64,000 nt of DNA from Octopus sinensis (lineage: Eukaryota), in the NCBI RefSeq assembly GCF_006345805.1, contig NC_043004.1, positions 84,940,001 to 85,004,000 on the forward strand. Reading direction: 5' to 3'. Below, in pieces: positions 38,140-50,680 of the stretch (its first letter is position 1; each line of letters opens with the position of its first letter). A program made the translations under genes and the position numbers. The notes beneath the pieces are model-generated. The model saw only the letters and a list, made by a program, of their open reading frames with translations. It was not told the origin of the DNA and made no database searches.

Positions 38140-38430
38140 GGAGTGGAAGCAAAATGGCCTCCTGATTAGGGCAGTGGACTCGCGGCTTCGATTTCTAGAC
38201 CGGGCGTTGTAAGTGTTTATTGAGCGAAAACACCTAAATTTCCACGAGAACCCGGCAGGGGTGGTGGCGATCACTGCACTACTCTTTCGCCACAACTTTC
38301 TGTCACTCTTTCTTCTGTTGGCCTACTCGGTTGGTCAGCGGGATGACTTCATGTGAAGGCTAAAACAATGCGAAGCACATTATGACCGGTGATGTGTAGC
38401 AACATCTTATCGCCTTTTCGGTCACGGCGA
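38140..38430 (+). mobile_element. SINE family D, degenerate
   Basis: Matches 58117-58415 (gtttattgagcgaaaacacct..actctttc..gctaaaacaatgc..gatgtgtagcaacatc). Confidence 0.75.
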
Positions 38431-38480
38431 TATATATATATATATGATGCCTTCACTTATGTAGGGGCATCATCCTCAAG

Positions 38481-38774
38481 ATGTCTTTGCGTGTCTCCAA
38501 CCATTACGCAACTTTTCGGGACGTGAACAAGCGCCAGACCACGGGACTCAGTAAGCTAATATGGCGACTGAAGGATGCGAACTTAAGCTATAGGCTGGAA
38601 TGGTCAATTTTGTCGGTGGCCCTCCCATTTGATAGGGGCAGAAGACAGTGCAACCTTTGTGTCTCCGAACTCTTCCATATTTTGTTTGCCAGAGGCCGGA
38701 TGGTAAACGGGCTCTTACAGTCGGCTTTTCGATGCCCCCATTGGCGGCGTTACACTTATCTGGCCTTTAAATAG
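38481..38774 (+). pseudogene. PLE GIY-YIG endonuclease fragment
   Basis: Motifs LS..IW.LK, W.IL, CxLC and CxH; truncated and frameshifted from the YVG motif. Confidence 0.75.
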
Positions 38775-39375
38775 CGTTTATAAATAATACCGGCACCCAT
38801 AGCCCTTGGTAACAAATTCTGAAATAGCCTTTAAGATATCTACGATTAACCACTGCAAGGGGAATTACTCCTGTAAGACAAACGGGGCTTGGTTTTCTCA
38901 CAGCGGGGGGTTTCCTTGACAAGGCAGGCTTAGATGAACACACACACACATAAAACATAATATATATATATTTTTTTTTTTTTTTCTTTCTGCCACCCAA
39001 CGGTTATCACGGCAGTAGCCACTGACAGCCGAACGATCAAACGCACACACGTACACAAAAAATGTTTTCTACCCCTACGCCAACACACACATATATAGAA
39101 CAGTATACACACACACACGTCTCTAAGTAGATTTTTTCTCGCCCCTTATAAAACATCCAATATTCCTTAAATAGTCAGAACTTTATTCTCGGTCACAAAG
39201 AACATCTATACACCCCCACCCACATGATTGACCGATGCCTGACCCGTTGAATTCTTCAGCCACCGGTTCTCAACATACACTGATAAACAGGTTCGCTATG
39301 GGCTCTTAGGAGCACAGTTCGATTTGTTTTTTGCTCCGCCTCTGTTCTGTTTTTGTTTTTCCACGGATTTCCTTT

Positions 39376-39464
39376 TTTCTTCCTGAAGAGAAAGACACAA
39401 TATGGTCCCATTATTCAATCGGATTTTGGTAATTTGTGCCTTTCGAAACACGTGTAGAATGAAA
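39376..39464 (+). ncRNA. Type I hammerhead ribozyme motif with long stem II
   Basis: TTTCTTC-CTGAAGA-GAAAGACACAA...TTGTGCCTTTC-GAAA-C-ACGT-GT-A-GAATGAAA. Canonical G10.1-C11.1, 10/11-bp stem II, palindromic ACACGTGT stem III, GUA triplet, stem I with one bulge. Confidence 0.8.
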
Positions 39465-39687
39465 TAAAACGATTTCTGTTCAATCTGCGTTCAGCTCCAT
39501 TTCTTCAATTCACCAATAATGTTTTAATTTCAATTATCCGCACCAACGCACGGTTGCAACGCCAGATGGTTGTACCTCCAACCGCGCTGTTTACTGCTGT
39601 GATTTTTGCCACTAAGGTATCGGTTAAACTTTTGATTAATCTACTACAAGATTATTCATCTTTCTATTTCACATAAATTATATATAT

Positions 39688-39726
<39 letters not shown>

Positions 39727-40164
39727 TTCAGGGAGAGAGAATTATATTGTCAATAATAAAAGGGTAAATCTAATTAATTATTAATTAATTTTACCAAGTA
39801 GTGTTCAGTATATAAAAAGACCATTTACGGTATATTTGAAACATTACATTATAAAAATAGGGTTCAGTAAAATAATTTACTTTACCACACACCGAAATTT
39901 TTAGGAATAGCAGCCAAAAATTTTTGCTATTTCTCCTACTGTAAGATAAATCTCCCAGACAATGCATACTCAAAAATAACTCACACAGGCATAGAGGGAA
40001 AAATAACGAAAGATCACACGTATATAAGATTACCTAAGAACAGGCCCGCTTCTGGATTAGTTGATTATAAAAATCAATATTTCCTTCGTCAGCTCAAGGA
40101 TTTCTTAGATTTTGATTTGAAAGTACTAAAAATCAAATTGTATATATACATGTATATATATATA

Positions 40165-40211
<47 letters not shown>

Positions 40212-42039
40212 ATGTATATGCATAATGGATGTGTGTATGTATGTGTTTCTGTGTGTTCGAGCGGGCACGCTTTTGGACATGCTTATGAGTAAACAGGTTA
40301 TTTGGGAACATAATGAAAATTTTTCGATTCCATGATAATGTAAATAACAAATTATTTCCAATGTTGCACGTCACTGTTAATTATGTGACACGATTTTGGC
40401 CGACGTCTATTCAGTTCCTCGTGAATGATAAATACATTAATTCTCTTCGAGGATGCGAAAACTTAACACAGGATCTCAAATTTACTTAATCGTTGTCTCA
40501 CCGACACATACAAACATATATACAGACGTTCATGCAGAGAGAGAGAGAGAGAGAAAGATAGAGTATGTTTGTGTGTGTGAGATAGAGAGGGAGTTAAACC
40601 AGTGAAGTGGGTATGTCTGTCTGTGTGTATTTATAATTGTGTTTATTGTTATCGTTTTATTAGAGACCACTAATATTGATTGGAGTAATTAATTTTCTTT
40701 ATTTTTCATATAAATTATAAATATGATTTGCAATAGTGGCCTAAGTATTTCTTTTTATTATTCAAAAGATATTTGTTCAAAATGATTCATTGACACCACG
40801 ACAAAAATATTATATTTGATGGCACACAATAAGTTCTTTTGTTAATATTAATGAATAAGTTTATAGTCAAACACTCATATAGTTATGCCTTTACACAAAC
40901 GTATATTCGCACGAACAGTCTTGCATGCATACATACGTAGGCACGAACTTATATAAAACCTACTGCCAGACATAGAGTAACCGAAAACAAGAGGAAGAGA
41001 AGAAGAAATTTCAGGAAATAAACATAGGTTACTTTAGAACTTTCAGAATACGATATTTTCTTAATCAAATATTTAAGGAGTGTTAAGAACAGAAAATACA
41101 TGAAATACAGAGCAGCTGGAATTTATGCACACACACACACCACACACATACACATGTATATTCATTGCGACATCAGTTTTCTTACTGATGATTTTAAGCT
41201 GCAAACATTAATATTTGCATTCTTAATTCTTTGTTTTCATCCAGATTTGTACTTAAGGAAAATCTTACGCGTTTGTTGCTTTCAAGTCATTAAATATATT
41301 TGTCCGATGTCCTGCGATCTTTTAACCCATAGAATATATGCAAGTTCTTAGCTAAAAGATTATCAAAATAATCTCTTTCTGAATAGAGAATTACATTGTT
41401 TGTTGTCTAAGTGTTAAGAATGATTTCTCGTGGAAACTTTATATAAAACTTTATATTCGTTTTAGCAATTAATGTTATTCTTTGATATTCATGCGAACTT
41501 TACTTTCTATACAACAGAGTTTCTTCTATATACTCTGTGCATACCAGTAGACTTAAAGAAGTACGTCTTCTAATTCCGTGCTGAAGAATGTCTTTATAAA
41601 ACATATATTATCTTATATGCCTTAAGACACAATACCAGGAATTTGAAGTATTTTACGTAGATAAGAATTTACAAGATTAAAAGAAAGATGTTTTGCTTCT
41701 CAGCAGTTACGTTGTGTTATATATTCTTACGGACATAGAATTCGCCTCCCGTTTAAGGATAATTCTTTCACATATGTTTTTATATCACTTAATTAGCTTT
41801 GTTGATTATATTCCCCCAAATTACTAAATAGTAGTTTTAGACTTACGTCAGTGATGATCCCTTACGTCAGTGATGATCCCTAGGATTAATGAATATGTTG
41901 ATTAAACAGTTTCTATAGTGTATAATTAATTTAGATTACAACACACCAAACCCCTGCATGGTATATCTGTCCATCGGAGGCTTATCTTCCAATATAGTGC
42001 TTTCAAATTTTGACGGAAAATTTTGGGGGAGGGGTTAAA

Positions 42040-42200
42040 TCTTGTACGTCAACACTAGTGCTCATCTGGTACTTATTTTATCGTTCTCGAAAAGAAAATA
42101 TTAAAGTCGACTTCCGTGGAATTTGAACACAGAATGTGTCTAATGTCACTAAGTATTTTGCCCGGTACAGTAACGACTCTGCAAGCTCGCCGCCTTATCT
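42040..42200 (-). mobile_element. SINE family B, degenerate
   Basis: aaagtcgacttccgtggaatttgaacacagaatg matches the family B head. Confidence 0.6.
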
Positions 42201-42953
42201 TATATTGCTGGAACGCATTTAGAGGTGAGGACCAGTGCAATGGAAATTGATGTATCTTGCCCAAGAACACAAAACACCACCTGTTCCGTGAGTCGAAACC
42301 ATATTTTTACAATTGTAAGTGTAACACCCTAACCACTAGGTTACATGCCATCATTACATTCAACAAGGCAACAAGGCATCAGATGTCTTCGCATTCAAAT
42401 TTTATTGTTACTGTTTCATATCTCCTCAAACATTTTCAAGCCACAAGCACTAATCTTTGTTCGACATAAATCGGCTTTGTTAGTTAAAGCTAAGGTATGA
42501 AATGCTACAAAAGATAAGAGCAAAAATGTTTTTTAAATGTCACGAATAAAAAATCCTACAAAAATTACTGGATTATTGTAAATGAAAGTAGCAGGCCAAA
42601 TAAATATTTCAGTCGTATAAACTCGAGTGTAAATCTGCGCACTTACAAAAGTGAGAAACTATTGACAAATTTGAATGTGTGTCATTATGTGTACGCGTGT
42701 TTAAGATTGTGTTTGGGCCCGCGAATTTCTTTTTATGTAAACAGACGTATTTCCATTTGCTTTATGTCTTGGAAATATAAACTAATCAGGCACCTGGAAT
42801 TGCTTATGTGTTTAGTTTTAAAATTGCTATAAACATGAGGAAATTTATACAATTAATTTTCCACGAGACATCAACCGCTTAAACAGTTCTGCAAATATTC
42901 GAGTTTATATTTTCATAACCTAATTATTCATAAAGATAATATACATCACATAC

Positions 42954-43293
42954 GAGGCGCATGGCTCAGTGGTTAGAGCGTCGAGCTTACGATCGTGAGG
43001 TTGTGAGCTCGAATCCCGGACCGGGCAGCGTGTTGTGTTCTTGAGCAAGACACTTTATTTCACGTTGCTCCAGTTCACTCAGCTGTAGAAATGAGTTGCG
43101 ACGTCACAGGTGCCAAGCTGTATCGACCTTTGTCTTTCCCTTGGATAACACTGGTGGCGTGGAGAGGGGAGGCCGGTATGCATGGGCGACTACTGGTCTT
43201 CCATAAAACAACCTTGCCCAGACTTGTGCCTCAGAGGGTAACTCTCTAGGTGCAAACCCATGGTCACTCATGAACGAAGGGGGTCTTTACCTT
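42954..43293 (+). mobile_element. Full-length tRNA-derived SINE, family C
   Basis: A box TGGCTCAGTGG, B-box-like GCTCGAATCCC, central 'cttgagcaagacactttatttcacgttgctccagttcactcagctgtagaaatgagt' (CORE/V/Meta-like), distinct tail. Confidence 0.85.
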
Positions 43294-43439
43294 ACATATC
43301 TCTCTAGCTAAATTTTTGTTATATTTCCAGTAAACTAACAATGAAAAAGATAAGTAGATCATTTACCCTAGTTACGGGTCAATAGTTTTTCAGAGACCCT
43401 CTATCGACCTCCAAACCCTTATATCTCTTATCTATTATC

Positions 43440-43830
43440 TTGTACCCTTTTCAGTCATTTGCAGGGTCTTTAGCCCTAAAACTCGACCCCAGAAATGTTT
43501 TTTTTTTCAGACATAGTACCTATTCAATTTATCTCTCTTACTGGACTGCAAATTTACAGAAACATGAACAGAACAACAGCGGTTGCCAAGCGGAGATGTG
43601 AGGAAAAACACATGCACAGGCACACACATCTATGTATATATATATCTGTGTGTGTGTGTGTGGTGTGTGTGTGTGTGTGTATGTGTGTGTTTGTGTGTAC
43701 AACGGATCATTTTTTCTATTACTGACAAGGCTTTGGTCGACCTGAGACTATAACTGGTGGCACGCAGTGAGACTGAACCCTGAACAATGCGGTTTGAAAG
43801 CTGACTTCTTACCACACAGCCACGCCTGTG
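43440..43830 (-). mobile_element. SINE family A, degenerate
   Basis: Tail (cagtcattt), TG tract and head (ctgaaccc..cttaccacacagccac) all present. Confidence 0.65.
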
Positions 43831-44204
43831 TCTACTATGTCTCAAAAGCAACCAGGTAGCATACGCTGTGTAGAGAAGGGACACATTATAACTGTTCTCC
43901 TGACAGGAAAATAACGTCTCTGGGCAAAGTACACATTATGGAAATATACGCAGAATACAAGAAAAAATATTAAACATAGCTGGTATTACGATATATGTCC
44001 GTACCAAGGAGGTAACTGTCTTATCATGCACTTATACGTGGTTGTGCATCTCTGGACAGATCTTCGCTAAAACCGAGATTTATTCTACTCGCGAGTGATC
44101 TGGCAGAATGTAGGACTATCCCGGTTGACAGTACAATGAGCTTAGAGATATTATTCGATACTGCAATCAGTTGAGAGTGAGGTTTTCTAAAGCTTGTCTA
44201 TAGA

Positions 44205-44573
44205 CTTTGCAATGAATGTCGACCGCAATATCTCTAGAACGCCGACTGAGGCGGAGCACTCCGTCCGTTACGACGACGAGGGTCCCAGCTGATACGATCG
44301 ACGGAACAGCCTGCTCTTGAAATTAACGTGCAAGTGGCTGAGCACTCCACAGACACGTGTACCCCTAACGTATTTCTCAGGGAGATTCAGCGTGACACAG
44401 ATTGTGACAAGGCCGGCCCTTTGAAATACAGGTACTACTCATTTCTGCTAGCTGAATAGACTGGAGCAACATGAAATAAAGTGTCTTGCTGAAGGACACA
44501 ACGCGTCGCTGGGAATTGAACTCACAACCTTACAATCATGAGCTGAATGCCCTAATCACTAAGCCACGCGCCT
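44205..44573 (-). mobile_element. tRNA-derived SINE: family C head and central domain with a different GC-rich body
   Basis: Minus strand: ggcgcgtggcttagtgattaggg..gagttcaattccc..gcaagacactttatttcatgttgctccagt, then an unrelated 3' module. Confidence 0.75.
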
Positions 44574-44942
44574 AACTTTTCTATATATAATCATCTATTA
44601 AAAGAAAGCGTGGGCGTAAAAGCTGACGATTTTGCCAATGTGTTGCAGACTAGCAAAATATTTGGAACATTCTAGATATATAAGTTTTCCAAGAAATGAG
44701 TCTACCTCTGAAATACAACACTCGTGCAACCAGGAAATTGAGCAGATTCGACAGTATAGGAATATCACTCATCATCATCTTCCGCGGTATACTCGTCTGT
44801 CTACGTATTGGTAGTTACTAACAGATGGATTTTCTGTTACTATTGGAAATACGTAATAGCGAAAGTATTTAGGCAGGAATGTTGATATTTTCGAAGAAGT
44901 ACCAAAACAAATAAATAAATACAAACACTACCAACTTGAACC

Positions 44943-45235
44943 TGGAGGCGCAATGGCCCAGTGGTCGGAGGATCGCGGTTTCGAATTCCAGAGCGGGTTT
45001 TCTGTGTGTCTATTGAGCGAAAACATCTAAAGCTCCGTGAGGCTCAGGCAGGGTGTTCTGGCGAATGCTGTACTCTTTCGCCCCAACTTTCTCTCACTCT
45101 TTCTTCCTGTTTCTTGAGTAACGCTGCGATGGTCTGGCGTCCCGTCCAGCTGGGGGGAACACATACGGCACGGAAACCAGGAAACCGGGCCCATGATCCT
45201 GGCTAGGCTTGAAAAGGGCGCATAAATAAATGATA
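44943..45235 (+). mobile_element. SINE family D with alternative tail
   Basis: Head and body match 58117; the 3' part matches the tail of the 8040 copy. Confidence 0.75.
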
Positions 45236-46173
45236 AAAAAACAACTTGAAAAGACATGTCATAATTAATGGTAGTTAATAAGTGTCGTAATAACTGAAAT
45301 ATTCCAAGATTACCTTCTTTCATGTGTAGAAGGGAATTGCCACTCTGATTTCGACATCATCTCACTTCGTATTATTTGATTTGGTGGGTAGTTAATTCCA
45401 ATCATATTATTAAGACTACAGTCGATCATGCTACGACCTTTAGGAACGTAAGCAGTTTTTCCTATGCTATGCAGCTTTTTACTATTTTTAATCAGCGCTG
45501 AACTTAGAAAAATAACAATAATAATAAATAAGAATCATAGAAAAATAACAGAGTGCATATATTGCGGTGGAATTTTGGCTACTATTAGAAAGAGGAATGC
45601 AAAACAATTTTATTGAAGTCAGTCTACAAATACTGATATGTGATAATGATATAATAGCTACGTTACGAAATACAGTAAAGCTGCAACGAAATCTGACTTC
45701 TTATATCCCACCACCTCTGAATCCTTCTATAATGAATTGCATGTAATGTAACTTACGTAAATATACCTCCTGGGAAACGCACAGGACAAAAATTATTCAT
45801 ACCAATTTCCCTGTATGTAAGTATTTATATTACCTAATCTGGCCGATTAGACGAAAAAAACTCTGATGTTGTCTAATAGACTGAATTATTTGAATAAACT
45901 GTCACTGGCTGGAAATAGTGATCCGATTTATATGTAAATTATCTTCGCTACATTAATTGTATATTTATCAACATTATCTCCTCTTTGTTCTGAGATACGG
46001 CAACGGTTGCCACCGGGTTTCTCTTATCACTTATCTATTAATGAAAAATGGAATTTCACTTAACGGAAAATTGTTTGCGGAAGGCAACGCAACACATCAG
46101 CATTTCACAATTTTTTTTGGAAAGTATAGAATAATTGAAAAGAATGCATGCCATGGTACCTGTGATAATGAGA

Positions 46174-46175
<2 letters not shown>

Positions 46176-46212
<37 letters not shown>

Positions 46213-46435
46213 TAATAATAATAATAATAATGGTTTCAAATTTTGCCACAAGGGCAGCACCTTTAGGGGAGAGGATTAGACGATTGCATCGACCCTAGTG
46301 TTTCAATGCTACTTATTTCATCGACCATGAAAGTATGACAGACAATGTAGCTTGGGTGAAACTGGAACTCAGAACGTAGCCACTGGCAAAATAACGCAAA
46401 GCATTTCGCCTGACGTGCTAACGATTCAGACCAGT
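46176..46435 (-). mobile_element. SINE family B with (ATT)n tail
   Basis: Family B head on the minus strand, ending in (AAT)n at 46176-46230. Confidence 0.6.
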
Positions 46436-47061
46436 AAACCACGTTTCATGTCGGCTCAATATTTATTTGCGAAATCCCTTCAATTTTTTCCGGAAAATAA
46501 CTGTATTTTCATTTCATTTGGGACCCGTGTGGAGAATAAGTGATCCTTCTTCACCTGGCGTGCATCTTTGTGTTTTTAAGTTCCTCTTACTACTTGGGAA
46601 TAAGTTTAGAATCTTTATAACAATATTCGAGGCAGATTTAGTCGTCGATGGCGAGCGACATAGAAATGTCGTGCTATAAAGAAATAGTGAGGGTGATCGC
46701 GCCCTGCCTCTTGATGCTGCTAGTGGACAAGTAGCACGCCGGCAAAACGAAAGAGATGAGCGACGCCAGCACAAATAACAAGAAAAACAGGAATAACAAA
46801 AACAACAAAATCACCACCGACAATAACAACACCACTAACACTAACAATACCAGCACCATCAGCGACTCCAACAACACCAACACCATCGCCACTACAGCTA
46901 TGATAGCTAAGACCACTATGAACAAGAGCGGCATGGTTTCGATTGGGAAAATAATAATCAGTATAACTGCAGTATACATGATTTGACTACTGAAGTGTAA
47001 AGACGTAACATAGCAAGGAAATCGCAGTCAGGCCTCTGATGGATCGGGTTGAGCGCGTGGT

Positions 47062-47591
47062 ACTATATCTTAACTGATACCCTGCATTTCCGTTCCTAAT
47101 TACTAAACTGAGAGAGATCAAACAAGAGACAAAAACAAAAGAGGACAATTAGTCCCTCTAGAAAATTCCTCTTGTGGCTTTTAAGAGTGTATCACCAGAG
47201 TAAAGATCTACTTTCTATTTCTTCGTGCTAAAACTCATTAATTCTCTTCTGTTGTCTGCTATTCTGAATATACTCAGACATTCATTTATCCATGAGTGTG
47301 GGATCATGTCATAGGCTTTCCTATAATTTATCCATGCTTGAGTTACTGAGTATGATGCTTTCTTGTTTTCATGTTTTGAGACAAGTTTTCACATCCAGTC
47401 CACGGAGTTTTTCAGGTAGGTATCTAGGCCAATTGTAGCAATCTTCATTGTTATTGCCAGTTGTAAAAGTCCACGGCCTCCATATTTTCTTTGCAGATAT
47501 AGTCGTTCTGTATCTGCCTTAAGGTGGTGGATTCTATGCATTGTCAACAGTTTTCATATTTTTCTGTCAAGATTACATATTTCAGATTACA

Positions 47592-47594
<3 letters not shown>
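47062..47594 (-). mobile_element. R4/Dong-clade RT-region fragment, internally rearranged
   Basis: SEICNLDRKI*KLLTMHRIHHLKADTERLYLQRKYGGRGLLQL..., then AWINYRKAYDMIPHSWI and RGIF*RD*LS (GIFQGDSLS motif). Abuts (ATT)n. Confidence 0.8.
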
Positions 47595-47640
<46 letters not shown>

Positions 47641-47702
47641 CATTATTATTATCATCATCATCAGTATCATTATTATTATCATCATCATTATCATTATTAT
47701 TG

Positions 47703-47761
<59 letters not shown>
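47595..47761. repeat. (ATT)n/(ATC)n microsatellite
   Basis: Direct reading. Confidence 0.95.
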
Positions 47762-48330
47762 GAGTGAGAGAGCAGTTCATGCCATCAAAGTGACACTGGG
47801 GTAAAATATACGAAGCCCAATATACCCATCATGACTACCCGTCTGATAAAGGTACACCAGGCACATGCATCACAACCATATGTGCGCGACATGGTGATCT
47901 CATATCAAGATAAACAGCACATGACCTTGCAGGTGGGGCCCAGTTAGAATTTTCTTCAGGTTGAGTAGCCCATCCCGCTCAAACGGTCCCTGAATAAGGG
48001 TTGTTTAAGGATGTTGAAAGAACCACCCATGTTTCCAGAGGTGAACTATTCAAACCCCAAAGAATCCCTCTCAACACATGGCTATGATGCTCCCCCACTC
48101 CTTCTGCTCGTGATCAGAGATGCACATATCTTCAGCCACTAAGGGACATGCTCAACTAGTTACGGTCAAACAACTGACAAGCAAATCTGTGGTATTGAGC
48201 AGAATATTTGCTGTAGCCCATCTTTTATACCAAGACAAAACAATGTACATGATAACACTTCCAATCAGTTAAGATCAGAAGCCATGAGAGCTACTGCCTG
48301 GTACTGCATCAGGGCATTAGCCATGAGAGT
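47762..48330 (-). mobile_element. Non-coding interspersed element in (TAA)n, copy 2
   Basis: About 98.5% identical to 4345-4873; extends ~40 bp further and ends in (ATT)n. Confidence 0.8.
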
Positions 48331-48945
48331 ATTATTATTATTATCATTATTATTATTATTATTATTGAGTTGGGTAAATCATCACCGCACGGAACATCAT
48401 CACCGCTCGGCAGTATATCTTCTGGTTTTTAGGCACAGCTTCTTAATGCCGTTTTTATACATCACCTTCTGTCGCTCCTATAAGGTACCACTCAAATACT
48501 GAGATTTCTGTCATTGACAGACATTCCCGCCTTAAAATTTCTGACATTGTGCTCAAACTTTAAACGATCATAAGGCTCCGTGCTAGCAGCTTCCTTAGCA
48601 CACGGGAAGAAATGTTGAGTGGCGTGTGGTCCAACTATAGGTTCCGAGTTCAAATTCCAATGATGCTAAGTTTGCTTTTCAGTCTTTTCATGTCGATCAA
48701 AATAAGTAACAATCGTATTCTGTATTCGATATAACTGTATTCGATATAACTGACTAGTTATGTATCCCAATATTTCAGTCATTGTGCATATAATAGGGAG
48801 AACTGTTACACCTAGTCCCCTAAAATACATTTCATCTGCATTAGCAACAGAAATATACTGTTTGCCATCCGATATGAATACTTCAAACGTTGCATATAAT
48901 TAAGTGAATCTCTTTATCGATTTGCGAAAATCCTCCCTAGTAGCA

Positions 48946-49175
48946 ACGGTGAGCTGGCAAAAACGTTAGCACGCCGGACGAGATGCTTAGGGGTATTCGT
49001 CTGCCGTTACGTTCTGCGTTCGAATTCCGCCGAGGTCGACTTTGCCTTTCATCCTTTCGGGGTCGATTAAATAAGTACCAGTTACGCACTGCGGTCGATA
49101 TAACCGACGTAATCCATTTGTCTCTCCTTGTTCGTACCCTCTGCGTTTAGCCCCTTGTGGGTAGTAAGGAAATGG
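48946..49175 (+). mobile_element. tRNA-derived SINE, family B (best copy)
   Basis: GAGCTGGCAAAAACGTTAGCACGCCGG head, GTTCGAATTCC B box, gtcgactttgcctttcatcctttcggggtcga core, tagccccttgtggg tail; at least eight copies in the window. Confidence 0.85.
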
Positions 49176-49975
49176 GTATAATGCATTATTCTAACCACAA
49201 CTGTGCAAAATAAGCGGTAACCTAAACCGATTTTCCTTGTTCTCTGAGATATGTGATTTCCACTACAATCAACACATGTCATCGTAGCAAAATATCTATC
49301 ATTCTCTTTATAGTCTCATAGCTACTGCTCTCAATACGTATATCTTTTGAAATGAATTTTTAATTGCTATTTATATCTGTGATTTGCAATATGTAGCTCA
49401 ATATTTGAGCTGCTTATAAAACGTGGACAATTTCAAATTTCTGGCGATATTTAAAGTTCTTTTAATATTTTTATATTTGATTAGTTCTCTTTTAGATTCC
49501 TACAAACATTATATCAACCATCACCTCCTATAAATTCTCTGGTAGCATTTGAGATAAAAACAGCGCTATGAATAATATAAAATTTAAGAAGGAGCATTAA
49601 ATATTCAACATTGTTTCTACTTCACATAATGGCTTTGACGTCTGAAAGATTCAACGATATTTAGATGTTTCAATAGTATTATGGAATTGGAATCATAACT
49701 TATAATTCGTTAAATAATCCGGGCAAAAACATAAACAGTTCGTTGGAGTTCTGATAGGCATACGTTTGAAGGAACATTTACCCTATGGACTCGAAAGTTT
49801 CACTATTCTCCTGGGAAACGCAAAAGCGAGAGGCCGCATTATTTTCTATCTGCGGTTTGAACAACAATTGTTTCTGCGAATATACGAACCGTAAACATAA
49901 AATAATGCAGAAGATTCTTTGTCGCATCTTCCAAGGATGTAAACAAACATTGATCGAGCGCAAACCCACTACCTT

Positions 49976-50075
49976 NNNNNNNNNNNNNNNNNNNNNNNNN
50001 NNNNNNNNNNNNNNNNNNNNNNNNNNNNNNNNNNNNNNNNNNNNNNNNNNNNNNNNNNNNNNNNNNNNNNNNNNN
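49976..50075. other. Assembly gap (100 N)
   Basis: Run of exactly 100 N; the true size is unknown. Confidence 1.
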
Positions 50076-50680
50076 AACAAACTCCTGGAAACTGAACAAG
50101 TTAAGAAACGCAAGATTTAAATTTTCTCTTGAGAAAAAAATATTCTTAGTGAAAGAGAAAGTATTTGGGACAATCATGAAAGAGTTGAAACTGCGTATCA
50201 TAGCAATATCAGGTAAGCTTCCAGATATCAGAATAGAAAAGATCCCTATCAATAGAAGAGATAGATTGCGATCAGATGATGATTCTATCGCCAAATAAAT
50301 AGTGTAGAAGGAAGTACCAAAAATGAGAGGCTTAATTCAGTTCAATAAGCTAGTTCACAAAGGAGATGCAGTATGGGTGAGGGAAGAAGTAGTTAGGGAG
50401 AGGCAGCTAACTCTAAAACTAATTAGCTCATCAATGAGTGAACTGTTAACAGGGATGCTGAACGTAGAACAATATTCTATTCAATGGTACTATTCAAAAA
50501 ATACAAATTAGTAGTTTACATGGGAGAGTGAAGGAACAACTTCAAGATTGCCTGAATAGAGGAGCCATGCCTAAGTGGCTGACTAGAGGAAGCACAGTAG
50601 TCCTTATGAAAGACAAACTCAAGGGCAATATGCTTAGAAACTATAGACCAATCAATTGCTGACCATTAGTGTGAAATGGT
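50076..50680 (+). mobile_element. R4/Dong-clade fragment upstream of the RT core, degenerate
   Basis: GAMPKWLTRGSTVVLMKDKLKGNMLRNYRPINC*PL matches the R4/Dong W.T.G.T.L..KD..KG...NYRPI.C motif; upstream LKLRIIAISGKL. Begins at the gap. Confidence 0.7.

Larger units (their letters stand above)
38445..39510 (+). mobile_element. Penelope-like element, 5'-truncated: GIY-YIG endonuclease C-terminal part plus 3' pseudo-LTR with hammerhead
   Basis: DAFTYVG (YIG motif), a frameshift, then ORF 38481-38774: NHYATF..TGLSKLIWRLK..EWSIL..CNLC.SEL..N..CPH, which is the PLE endonuclease pattern. Hammerhead at 39376-39464. Confidence 0.8.

Noticed and set aside
42954-43030. Functional tRNA-Val(TAC)
   Set aside because: The anticodon and acceptor stems do not pair, and the sequence runs straight into a SINE body shared with other copies.
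49778-50294. ORFs spanning the N run
   Set aside because: They are artefacts of translating through the assembly gap.
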